Below are positions 20,709 through 29,761 of a DNA stretch of 64,000 bases, in pieces; positions within the stretch are counted from its first letter, which is position 1, and each line of letters begins with the position of its first letter. Source of the stretch: a virus (lineage: Duplodnaviria; Caudoviricetes); IMG/VR virus record IMGVR_UViG_3300033463_000038, positions 55,673 to 119,672 of that record. One strand, 5' to 3'. The position numbers and the translations under genes were made by a program. Under the pieces are notes generated by a model that was not told where the DNA came from, did not search any database, and saw nothing but the letters and a program-made list of their open reading frames with translations.

Positions 20709-22160
20709 ATGGAAAAGTACACAGAATATCTCCAATACTCGCTATGGATCAGCGATGTGAAGACGAAGGAGATAAGAGTCGGAAAGAATGGCCGGACAAA
20801 ATATGATCACGAGTGCATCAGGGGAATTTGGAACTCTTCTGGATCTCACGGGATCTTTCCAGTCGGAGTGAAGCGCTGCACGTTCGAAGACTACATCGAA
20901 CTTATCACGACAGGACACTCAGTCAAGAGAATCCAGAAGATCGAAAATGAAGTGTTCACGTCGAGATTTCTCTTTATCGATCTAGACAACGACAACGGAG
21001 AGAACGTGACTGAATATGACCTGGAAGCGTTGAAACTGATCACTAACAACCGCATCGTGTACTTCCCGTCGACTTCAGGAACGCCCTTCCGGTGGCACTT
21101 GTACATCGAGACCGCGAACCCCATGTTCGTTGTCAAGGATCTGAAACGAGAGACGTTCAAGATCATATCCGAGCTAGAGTCTGTCTGTAAAAGAAAAGTT
21201 ACATGTGACTCGAAGTGCTACCAGAACTGGCATCAAGTCTGCTACGGAATGCCGCAGAAAGAGCACTACAAGCTCTCGATCCCCGATGGAACTGAGTTCT
21301 TCTGTCACCAGATTCTGAAGCCGAAAGACGACAAAGAGACAGTCATCGTCCAAAAGTTCACAGAGTACGTTGAGTTCAGGAGGAAGTCGAATGATAAAGA
21401 ACAGAAAGAGGTGAGAATCGTACCATACAACTCCAAGATGCTAGCGAGAGCTCTCGGAATCGGAGAGCTCCAAGACAAGCCGTTCTCGATCTACCCGCCG
21501 TTCACGTACAAGAATCGCGTCAAGGGAGACTGGCACATCCGCGAGGGAAACCGGTACAAGACAGCTTGCAACTGGATCCTACACTTAGTCCCGCAGTGGT
21601 ACAAGTGCAACCTCAAGTACGACATGGGATACTCTGTCGAAGATCTAGTTCACACCCTCAAGTGTCTCTGCAGGACTAACTTCGCCAGCTTCGAGACGTT
21701 CGACTGGAACTCAGCTCAGCGAGCTCTGTTCAGCAAGATAAACGCTCTCGATGGAAAGTCGTGGGAAGAGATCGAAGCCGAATCCGAAGCTAAGATCCGC
21801 ACGTACAGGACCCAGAACTACACTTGGGATCTAATGATGAAGCTCAAAGACGAGTTCGCGTACGACGACTGGACGATCGCTTTCCAAGACCGAAAACAGC
21901 TCAGAGAAGCGCTGAGAAAGTACAAAGTCTCGATCAAGACAGTGAAGAAGTATCTCCACGAAGAGGCGGGATTCGACATCGTCATTAAGAACGAGAAGAG
22001 AGCAGAGCGATCCGACAAGGGAAAGACGAAGTTCGACTTCACGAGATACCCTCAAAACGAGAAAGGACAATACTTGATCCCGTCAAGAGAGATCACCTCA
22101 TACATAAGAAACTTAGCTTCGAAGATGAAAATAAAGATAAAGTCGGTTAGAGAATGTTAG
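20709..22160 (+). CDS. AEP-type primase/replicase-like (Rep) protein
   Basis: RFLFIDLDND (DxD), PSTSG..RWHLY (SxH), IREGNRY (PriCT-like), basic HTH-like C-terminus. Confidence 0.6.
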   Translation: MEKYTEYLQYSLWISDVKTKEIRVGKNGRTKYDHECIRGIWNSSGSHGIFPVGVKRCTFEDYIELITTGHSVKRIQKIENEVFTSRFLFIDLDNDNGENVTEYDLEALKLITNNRIVYFPSTSGTPFRWHLYIETANPMFVVKDLKRETFKIISELESVCKRKVTCDSKCYQNWHQVCYGMPQKEHYKLSIPDGTEFFCHQILKPKDDKETVIVQKFTEYVEFRRKSNDKEQKEVRIVPYNSKMLARALGIGELQDKPFSIYPPFTYKNRVKGDWHIREGNRYKTACNWILHLVPQWYKCNLKYDMGYSVEDLVHTLKCLCRTNFASFETFDWNSAQRALFSKINALDGKSWEEIEAESEAKIRTYRTQNYTWDLMMKLKDEFAYDDWTIAFQDRKQLREALRKYKVSIKTVKKYLHEEAGFDIVIKNEKRAERSDKGKTKFDFTRYPQNEKGQYLIPSREITSYIRNLASKMKIKIKSVREC

Positions 22161-22187
22161 AGAAGGCGAACGAAGTGAGCAAAATAG

Positions 22188-22287
22188 CGTTTGATTTGAA
22201 TGTGATTTTGTCACATTTTAATCAAACGTGTTGTTCCCATTTCTCTCTTCTTGAATATATTTTGTCCAGATTAAAATGTGACAAAAT
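22188..22287. repeat. inverted-repeat cluster downstream of rep (ori/operator candidate)
   Basis: Perfect 19-bp IR 22205-22223/22269-22287 plus an imperfect third copy at 22189-22205. Confidence 0.75.
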
Positions 22288-22363
22288 TCTGTAAAGGAAA
22301 CTTTACACTATATCAAGTTCAAAAAATGAGCTCTATAAATAAACTCAACAAGGAGAATCAACT

Positions 22364-22564
22364 ATGACTCGATTCGTTATCACTGGAAAAGTATCAAATC
22401 CGCTAGCGGGATCTTCGCTCAACGAAGATCTCGTCATCTCTGGTCGTCTGGACTCGAAGCTCGCACAGCTCAACCTGGAAGTCGAGAAGATCGAGACTGT
22501 CGGAGACGAAGTCACTTACTACCTGAAAGAATCGACATCTAGACCTAAGCTCCTGTGCGACTAA
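22364..22564 (+). CDS. hypothetical late protein
   Basis: TATAAATA at 22334, AAGGAG SD. Confidence 0.6.
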   Translation: MTRFVITGKVSNPLAGSSLNEDLVISGRLDSKLAQLNLEVEKIETVGDEVTYYLKESTSRPKLLCD

Positions 22565-22579
22565 CAAAAGGAAACACCA

Positions 22580-23374
22580 ATGAACAACATGGTTTATATC
22601 GGAAACGCTGGATCCAAGAATCCAGGTATCACTTGTCTTCTCAGATGCGCAATCTTCAATCTAGAAGAGAATTCCGACTGGGAAGGAATCGACTACGTCA
22701 AGAACGCTTGGTTCAACGAGGACGGCATCTCTGTCGAGATCGATCAGGAGGGCTGGGACAAGCCGATGTCCGATGAGGAGTTCGCTGAGCTGCCTGTCGA
22801 TCTCATCAATCAGATCATCCGTGAAATTCCAAAGGTTATATCCGGAATCATGATAAACAGCGAGCAGCAGACTGAAGAAGATAAGATCGCTGAGCTGGAA
22901 GACATCATAAACAACTCCGAAGAGACAACCGTCAAGGGAGGAGGAAACTTCGAATATGGGGACGAGAAGATCGCACTTCGTCTTCTGAGACAGGCTAAAG
23001 CTAGATATTCCGCTAAAGGTCCGGTCGAGTCTATGAAGTTCGGAGAAGCTAAGAGAATTCTCGAAGCTGAGGGACTCAAACTATCTAAGGACTGCTGCTC
23101 TAAGAAGCGCAAGAGAACTCTGAAGGAATCTAGCCTGACTATCTGGGACTATCTTGACGAGCTAGAAGAGATCGATCCGTCTGCTAGAGAAATGATGATC
23201 GAGGAGCTGATCGAGAACTCCGACACTATCGTTCGTGGAGATGACGGCTGCTACTACGACACTTCGATCGGCAGAGACAGCATGACCGATGATCCGATGG
23301 AATTGATCCAAGACATCAGCTATGATGATCTAGTCGCCGATTACGGAACACCAGAAGAGTTCGCAAACAACTAG
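22580..23374 (+). CDS. acidic hypothetical protein, probably head-internal
   Basis: 264 aa, acidic; contains ESMKFGEAKRILEAEG. Confidence 0.6.
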   Translation: MNNMVYIGNAGSKNPGITCLLRCAIFNLEENSDWEGIDYVKNAWFNEDGISVEIDQEGWDKPMSDEEFAELPVDLINQIIREIPKVISGIMINSEQQTEEDKIAELEDIINNSEETTVKGGGNFEYGDEKIALRLLRQAKARYSAKGPVESMKFGEAKRILEAEGLKLSKDCCSKKRKRTLKESSLTIWDYLDELEEIDPSAREMMIEELIENSDTIVRGDDGCYYDTSIGRDSMTDDPMELIQDISYDDLVADYGTPEEFANN

Positions 23375-23435
23375 TCGAAATCTGGAAACTCTGATAAATA
23401 AGTAAATTTCTAGAACTCTACAAGGAGAATCATAT

Positions 23436-23660
23436 ATGATCACTAACTCTACTGACGCAACCATCGACAGCAACGACTTCATCATTCAGTCTATGCGCAA
23501 GCTCAAGCAGCGCCTCGAGATCGAAGAGAACGACATCAAGTCCTACAAGATTCCGGAAGGACTCCAGGGCTCTGCTCTCGCTTCTGAGAAGGCCTACATC
23601 AAGGGCGCTCTCGACGAGATCCAGAAGTTCCGCCAGTTCATCAAAGAGATGGGCGTCTAA
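23436..23660 (+). CDS. hypothetical protein
   Basis: AAGGAG SD; followed by a terminator. Confidence 0.65.
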   Translation: MITNSTDATIDSNDFIIQSMRKLKQRLEIEENDIKSYKIPEGLQGSALASEKAYIKGALDEIQKFRQFIKEMGV

Positions 23661-23690
23661 CGCAACTTACATAAAGTCTGTTGTCTCCAT

Positions 23691-23722
23691 GAAGCGCTGG
23701 TCGAGAGACCAGCGCTTCTTTT
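23691..23722 (+). terminator. rho-independent terminator
   Basis: gaagcgctggtc-GAGA-gaccagcgcttc-tttt. Confidence 0.85.
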
Positions 23723-23828
23723 GTACCCAGACCTCGTCATAAATGCGGTTTTGAGGCGGTTTTAAGACGTTTTAAGCCTGTACCCTAGTAACTATACTGG
23801 TGAGCCGTAAAACTCCTATAAATGGCCC

Positions 23829-23954
23829 TTATGCGCAATTAACCGCATGTTCGCTTTTTCTCTTCTCGAAATAGTCTTTAACGTTCTCTGTGCGATCGGC
23901 TCTGATCTCTTCTTCGCTGCGATCGACTTCAATTTCGATTCCGTCTGGTCCCAT
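23829..23954 (-). CDS. 41-aa micro-protein carrying the RxxRxxxVKxYF motif
   Basis: AAGGAG SD; MGPDGIEIEVDRSEEEIRADRTENVKDYFEKRKSEHAVNCA; second gene of an early operon; not in the ORF track. Confidence 0.7.
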   Translation of the reverse strand: MGPDGIEIEVDRSEEEIRADRTENVKDYFEKRKSEHAVNCA

Positions 23955-23963
23955 GATTACTCC

Positions 23964-24302
23964 TTATGCGATAGAGCGCTTCTCGTAGACACGAACTGTG
24001 ATCACATCGTACTTCTTCAATTTCTGCAGACGCTTGAAGAGCTCTTCGACACTCTTGACGCTCTTGCGTTCATCCTGCTTGTCGTTGTCGTACGTGATGA
24101 GGGCTTTGTCTCTTAGGTTCTCGTCCATGACGAAGCCGACCTCTTCGAACTGTTCACTTTCCTCCTTCTCGCCATCGATGTAGATAATGGTCCAAATGCT
24201 TTTCTTGAGAGCCTTTGGAAGCTTCGCTTTCGGAAATACCGAATTAACAGCGTTGCGGTAGATGTTGTAGACGTCTTGGGCGGTTTCGGCGAGATATTTC
24301 AT
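23964..24302 (-). CDS. hypothetical early protein
   Basis: AAGGA SD; early promoter at 24336-24364. Confidence 0.65.
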   Translation of the reverse strand: MKYLAETAQDVYNIYRNAVNSVFPKAKLPKALKKSIWTIIYIDGEKEESEQFEEVGFVMDENLRDKALITYDNDKQDERKSVKSVEELFKRLQKLKKYDVITVRVYEKRSIA

Positions 24303-24335
24303 AGTTTTGGTCCTTTTTGTTAAGTTTACATGAGT

Positions 24336-24364
24336 AATATAGGTATTTTCATGAGAAATCTAAA
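24336..24364 (-). promoter_or_regulatory. early promoter, TTTAGA-N17-TATATT
   Basis: Minus strand reads TTTAGAtttctcatgaaaataccTATATT. Confidence 0.75.
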
Positions 24365-24436
24365 CCCATAAACACGAATTTTTATGCTGCAAATAGTTTC
24401 TAAATTAACTATTGAAAAGCGCTAAAACGAGAATTT

Positions 24437-27400
24437 ATGTACAAAAACGTCTACTACGACCGTGAGTCCAATTCGATTTTCGAACGTGAAGTTGGCTCGA
24501 CAGAATACGTCAAGCATCCGTACACTTTCAAGTACTTTATGCCCGACTCGACGGGACAGAGTCCGATTCGAGACTGCTTCGGCGTACCGATGAAAGAGGT
24601 CGTATGCAAGACGAAAGAGGACTATCAAATCTATCGCGTGATGTCGAAGAAGATGCGCTTAGCGGAGTCCGACCTCAAACCTCCCGTAAAATACATTCAC
24701 GAGAAATACGACACCGCAGAATTGAACTACGAAGAGTACAAGGACTACCGCATCGCCTTCTATGATATCGAAACGCAGACTTCGAGACGCTATTACCTCA
24801 ACAAAGAAGTGAAACTTCGCTTGATCGAGGACGGACACGAAGAGACGATGACCCTGTATCAGTTCGAGCACACTTGCAAGACGAGAAAATGGGAAGTCTG
24901 GGACATCGTCCGTAACGAGTGGCGCAAATACTACGACAGCTGCTTCATAAATCAGGAATTTCCTAATCCGGAGGAAGCGAACTATCCGATCAACCTGATC
25001 ACTGTCTACTCGACGGTCGCTGGCGAGACTTTCACTTGGGGTCTGGAGCCGTATGAGGGCAACTCTCCAGAAGTGACAAACTACAAATGGTTCGAGTCCG
25101 AGCTAGAGATGATGAAGGACTTCTATGTATGGTTCTGGCAGCAGAAGTTCGATATTCTGACTGGCTGGAATTCTGAGAAGTTCGATGACGCGTATATCAT
25201 CGGCCGTATGCAGAAGATCCAACGAGAGAACGGCGTCAAGCTCGATTACACACGTCTGCTTTCTCCGCTCAAACTTCCGCCTCAGAAGCGCCCAATCACC
25301 GACGACAAGGGTAAAGTAACGGGATTCCACTTCTCGTCTCCAGGCCTGTATATGATCGACTATCTCCAGCTCTACAAATTCATCGGCTTCGTGAAGAACT
25401 CGCCGTCGTGGAAGTTGGACTACATCGGCAAGAAGGAAACTGGAGAAGGAAAGGTCAAACTGGAATATGGTCTTACCGAGCACTATATCAAGGACTACAC
25501 GACCTACGTCGAGTATAACGTGCAGGACGTTCGATTGATGGTGAAGATCGAAGAGAAAAAGCGTCTGTGGCCGACGACTATCGCCTACGCCAATGAAGCT
25601 CTAATCACTCTTGACTCCGTCTTCGCGATGACGGCCGCACACGACGGCTATATCATGAAATTCCTCCATGCGCAGAATCAGGTCTACAACGACCGCTACG
25701 AAAAGCCGAACGACTGGTGGTACGAGGAAGGATATTGGAAGAAGGATTTAGGAAACGGTATCATCGAGTATCAGAACTGCCCGCTGGAAACGCCGACTTC
25801 GTTCGAGCCGTATGCTGTGAAGGCAGGTTACTGCTACGCTGATCCAGGCCGTTATCAGCACAACATGAGCGGCGACATTACGTCATCCTATCCGAATCAC
25901 ATCATCATGTACAACATCTCTCCCGAGACTCGTGTCATTAAGCCGAGTCAAGAGGATATTGATTCCGGAAAGGTTATCTGTTCGGAAGTCAACGGAGTCG
26001 GATTCATCAACAACGACTGCGCTATTCTGCCGTCTGTCGTTTCCAAGATCTTCGACGAACGTCTCAAGTTCAAGCTGCTCATGCAGGATGCCGAGAAGGC
26101 GGGCGACAAGATCGCTGCCGACCGCTACCGCACACTGCAGCTCACCCGTAAGAAGCTCATCAACTCTCTATACGGCGCTTGTCTGTTCCCGCAGTTCCAC
26201 CTCTTCAACATCGACTGCGCTCGCTCCATCACCCGTTGCGCTCGCGTCACCATCCGCTACCTCAAGGACAACACGGACCGCTACTATCGCTCCAAGTATA
26301 TCCTCAAGGATTCGATGGACTTCTTCCCTGTCATCAAGATCAACACCAAGTGGTACAAGAAGGAAGACGAAGTCGAAACGGATCAGGGCAAGATTCTCGC
26401 GAAGGACGTAACGACCGCCAATACTATCAACGGTGCGGCTGTAACCGTCTTCGTGAACGACCTCACTAAGAAAGACCTTCTCAATCCTATCAAGAAGATC
26501 ACGACCGAGCGTATCATCAACGTGGTCTACGACGGCGACTGCCACTACTTCAAACCGGGCGACGAAATCGAAGTCGAGATGGATGGAAAGAAGATCAAGA
26601 TGCAGTTGGGCGTCAAGGACGGCGGTGCAAGATTCACAGGCGAAGAGACCATCATGGAAGAGCTCAAGGCCAACTTCAAACATCCTGATGGCTCTACAAT
26701 TTCCGGTTTCGATCTGCAGCGCAACGCTAAGATCAACGGCCGTCCAATCGACAACGTGAACGTGATCGAGAAGCCTATCAAGTTCGTGGATCGTGCGTCT
26801 GTCGTCGTTCAGGTCGACACCGACTCTAACTACTACTGCTTCGACGAGCACAAGATCAACCTCTTCCCGTACATGGACGACATGGAATGGTTCTACTGCA
26901 TGGAGAAGCAGATGAACTGGTTCTGGAAGCGCATTCTGGACGCGAAGGCCGAGAAGAACAAGATGCACAACCGCATCATCTTCACTCGCGAGAATATGTT
27001 CTCGAACTTCATCTCTTACGGAAAGAAGCTCTACCTCGGATCCGTCGTCGACAAGGACGGCAAGTATTTCGGATACGAGGAAGATCCTCACAAGCACTTG
27101 AAGATTCAGGGTCTAATTCTAAAGAAGGCCGAGTTCCCTCCGTTCTGTCAGGAATATGCAGTCAACATCACGGCTGCCGTTCTGCTCGGTCAGGACAAGG
27201 AAGAGACGACGAAACAAATTCAAGACGCTTACATGAAATTCAAGGCGTCCAAGCCAGAGGATATTTCGTCGTCCCGCACTATCGGCGACCTCTCGGTTAT
27301 GCCTCACGAAATCGACTGGTACGTCAAGAACGGCCTCTCATATCCGGACCGCATTCACTACGCGGCAAAGATCGGCGTGAACTTCAACTACGTGAACGCT

Positions 27401-27673
27401 AAAGAGAAGCTCGGTTACGACCCGCTGCAGCGTGGCTCGAAGGGTAAGTATCTCTTCCTCTATCCGCGAAACAAATACGGTTTCGACCAGATCGCTTTCG
27501 AAAAGTGGCCGAAGGAATTTGACCAAATGTTCGAGATCGACTACGACACTACCTTCGAAAAATTCTTCATGTCCAACTTCCACGCGCTATTCGAGGTCGT
27601 TGGATGGGCGGACTCAAGAAAAGACTATATTGAGTATAAGATGACGAAGGCGAAAAAGAAGTTCCTGAGGTAA
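24437..27673 (+). CDS. 43: family B DNA polymerase (T4 gp43-like) with insertions
   Basis: ExoI YDIET, ExoII GWNSEKFD, ExoIII YNVQD, motif A DITSSYP, motif B KKLINSLYG, motif C VDTDS, KKLY. Confidence 0.95.
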   Translation: MYKNVYYDRESNSIFEREVGSTEYVKHPYTFKYFMPDSTGQSPIRDCFGVPMKEVVCKTKEDYQIYRVMSKKMRLAESDLKPPVKYIHEKYDTAELNYEEYKDYRIAFYDIETQTSRRYYLNKEVKLRLIEDGHEETMTLYQFEHTCKTRKWEVWDIVRNEWRKYYDSCFINQEFPNPEEANYPINLITVYSTVAGETFTWGLEPYEGNSPEVTNYKWFESELEMMKDFYVWFWQQKFDILTGWNSEKFDDAYIIGRMQKIQRENGVKLDYTRLLSPLKLPPQKRPITDDKGKVTGFHFSSPGLYMIDYLQLYKFIGFVKNSPSWKLDYIGKKETGEGKVKLEYGLTEHYIKDYTTYVEYNVQDVRLMVKIEEKKRLWPTTIAYANEALITLDSVFAMTAAHDGYIMKFLHAQNQVYNDRYEKPNDWWYEEGYWKKDLGNGIIEYQNCPLETPTSFEPYAVKAGYCYADPGRYQHNMSGDITSSYPNHIIMYNISPETRVIKPSQEDIDSGKVICSEVNGVGFINNDCAILPSVVSKIFDERLKFKLLMQDAEKAGDKIAADRYRTLQLTRKKLINSLYGACLFPQFHLFNIDCARSITRCARVTIRYLKDNTDRYYRSKYILKDSMDFFPVIKINTKWYKKEDEVETDQGKILAKDVTTANTINGAAVTVFVNDLTKKDLLNPIKKITTERIINVVYDGDCHYFKPGDEIEVEMDGKKIKMQLGVKDGGARFTGEETIMEELKANFKHPDGSTISGFDLQRNAKINGRPIDNVNVIEKPIKFVDRASVVVQVDTDSNYYCFDEHKINLFPYMDDMEWFYCMEKQMNWFWKRILDAKAEKNKMHNRIIFTRENMFSNFISYGKKLYLGSVVDKDGKYFGYEEDPHKHLKIQGLILKKAEFPPFCQEYAVNITAAVLLGQDKEETTKQIQDAYMKFKASKPEDISSSRTIGDLSVMPHEIDWYVKNGLSYPDRIHYAAKIGVNFNYVNAKEKLGYDPLQRGSKGKYLFLYPRNKYGFDQIAFEKWPKEFDQMFEIDYDTTFEKFFMSNFHALFEVVGWADSRKDYIEYKMTKAKKKFLR

Positions 27674-27674
27674 T

Positions 27675-27860
27675 ATGCTCACGGTGACACTGACAACACC
27701 AACGATAATTCTGATCATCCTGGCGCTCGTTCTGGGCGTCTGGATCTTCTCTTGCGACAATACAGACACATTCCTCGGCTCTAACAGGTCTTGGGCCGTG
27801 TTGGCTTCTATTTTTATCATGGCTTTCGCGGTAGCGATAGTAGGAGGTATCTGGTGGTGA
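27675..27860 (+). CDS. small membrane protein (2 TM)
   Basis: Two hydrophobic segments; GAGG SD. Confidence 0.6.
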   Translation: MLTVTLTTPTIILIILALVLGVWIFSCDNTDTFLGSNRSWAVLASIFIMAFAVAIVGGIWW

Positions 27861-27865
27861 GAGAA

Positions 27866-28162
27866 ATGGAAAGTCCGAATCAAATCACGTTCGAAGCTGC
27901 AAAGCTAAAGAATCGAGACTTTATGAAGTCTATCATTCTGAGAACAGGTCCAATCATAGCAGCGACAAGGCCGCTTATTTGGAACAAGAAACTGAAGAGA
28001 TATGTCGAAGGTCACGTAACTGGATCTGTTACGAACTACGATGGCCGAGTGACGTGTTTCTCATCAGACGAACAAGCGAGAAGAGTGATAGCCGATGAGC
28101 GAGCTCGTTGGCACTATTACAAGTCGTTCTCAGATCGTTTCGCTCCAGAAGAATGGCCATAA
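27866..28162 (+). CDS. hypothetical protein
   Basis: ORF between the membrane gene and uvsW (track start 27791). Confidence 0.5.
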   Translation: MESPNQITFEAAKLKNRDFMKSIILRTGPIIAATRPLIWNKKLKRYVEGHVTGSVTNYDGRVTCFSSDEQARRVIADERARWHYYKSFSDRFAPEEWP

Positions 28163-28186
28163 ATACTGGAACTGAAGGTAAGTATC

Positions 28187-29692
28187 ATGGGACGAATAAC
28201 TGCAACTAAGATCAACGAGACGCACTTCTTTATTCAGGTCAATGATGGAGATCTGCTCTACGCTCTGGATAGCGCTTTCGCTATCCACAAGGACGGTTAT
28301 CAGTTCGTTCCTGCTTACAAGAATCACACTTGGGACGGAAAGACTCACTTCTTCAAGGCTACAACGCACAAGTTCCCTATCGGACTCGTGGACGAGTTGA
28401 TCAAGTGGTGCGACAGCAAGAAGTACGAGCTCAAGTTCGAGAACTACGAAAAAGAACCTGTAGAATGGCTGTCCAGAGAGAAGTTCGAAGCCAACTGCAA
28501 GCAGATCATGGCAGGATCGAAATATCAGCCTAGAGACTATCAGCTCGAAGCCGCGTTCGCTGCACTGAACGGAAAACGTGGAATTCTAGAGTGCTGCACC
28601 TCTTCAGGTAAGTCACTCATGATCTATCTGATCATGCGCAATTTGATGATGGAACGAGGCTACAAGAAGATGCTGTTGATTGTTCCGTCCATCATGCTAG
28701 TGACTCAGATGTACAAGGACTTCGAAGACTACGGATGGTCAGACCTCGGCAAGTGGTGCGAACTGCAGGACAAGGATCACGTTCCGACTTACCAGAAGAC
28801 GATCTTGATCACGACTTGGCAGTCTTTGATGAAGCAGTCAGCTGACTACTTCGAGGATGTGAACGTGGCTATCTGCGACGAGTGCCACGGACTCAGAGGA
28901 GTGAAGCTGTCCACGATGATGCAGTTCTGTATCAACGCGGACTTCAAGATCGGCACGACCGGCACCCTTCCGACGTCTGCGGTCGAGAAATATGACGTGA
29001 AATCTGTTCTCGGTAGAACTCTGTACAAGATCAGTTCGGAAGAGTTGATCAGCAGAGGATTCCTAACTGACATCATCGTGGCTAACTTGTTCCTTCAGTA
29101 TCCGATCGACTTCATCAAGGAAAATCAAGAAAGGACATATCCGGAAGAGGTCAGACTCACGGAAGAGTACGAAGACCGAATGCATATCCTCGACATCATC
29201 TTGAGAAAGACCGACTTGAATCACAACATGCTCATTCTGTGCAATCACGTCGACCATCTAGAAGCTACGATCGACTATCTGAAGGAGCACGCGAAGGATC
29301 GAAAAGTTGTCAAGATCACTGGATCCGTGAAGTCGGCTGAGCGAGAATTCATCAGAATTTCCGCAGAAGAGTCGGACGGATTGATCATCGTGGCGACTTA
29401 CGGCACCATGTCAACTGGCGTCAATATCAAGAAGATCCACGAGATCGTTCTGTTCGCTGACTCGAAGTCCAAAATCAAGGTTCTTCAGTCTATCGGTCGT
29501 GGACTTAGAAAGCATCCAGAGAAGTCGAAAGTCATCATTTACGACATTGTCGACGACATGCGGTACAAGTCGAAGAGAGGCAAAGTTCACTCAAACTATC
29601 TCTACGACCATTGGCTAGAGCGCTCAAAATACTACATTGAGCAGAAATTTAAGCAGAAATCCGCGATTTTGCCTATCTCCAAGTTAGTATAA
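28187..29692 (+). CDS. uvsW: UvsW-like SF2 DNA helicase
   Basis: PRDYQ, TSSGKS, DECH, TGT, QSIGRGLR, YDIVDD. Confidence 0.93.
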   Translation: MGRITATKINETHFFIQVNDGDLLYALDSAFAIHKDGYQFVPAYKNHTWDGKTHFFKATTHKFPIGLVDELIKWCDSKKYELKFENYEKEPVEWLSREKFEANCKQIMAGSKYQPRDYQLEAAFAALNGKRGILECCTSSGKSLMIYLIMRNLMMERGYKKMLLIVPSIMLVTQMYKDFEDYGWSDLGKWCELQDKDHVPTYQKTILITTWQSLMKQSADYFEDVNVAICDECHGLRGVKLSTMMQFCINADFKIGTTGTLPTSAVEKYDVKSVLGRTLYKISSEELISRGFLTDIIVANLFLQYPIDFIKENQERTYPEEVRLTEEYEDRMHILDIILRKTDLNHNMLILCNHVDHLEATIDYLKEHAKDRKVVKITGSVKSAEREFIRISAEESDGLIIVATYGTMSTGVNIKKIHEIVLFADSKSKIKVLQSIGRGLRKHPEKSKVIIYDIVDDMRYKSKRGKVHSNYLYDHWLERSKYYIEQKFKQKSAILPISKLV

Positions 29693-29761
29693 ATAACTTA
29701 GAAAGATTGACTGGTACCTAGTTATCAGTCTCTAAAGCTATTATACTAGGAGATTTTAAAC

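Noticed and set aside
22201-22215. CRP site (TGTGA...TCACA)
   Set aside because: Spacer is 5 nt rather than 6, and it is part of a longer element-specific repeat.
26300-26830. Active intein in the DNA polymerase
   Set aside because: No C/S start with block A and no HN/N-[CST] junction; kept only as a possible relic.
26168-27097. 309-aa antisense ORF in the polymerase (and similar shadow ORFs such as 16339..17001, 8143..8640)
   Set aside because: Explained by sense-strand codon bias; no recognisable motifs.
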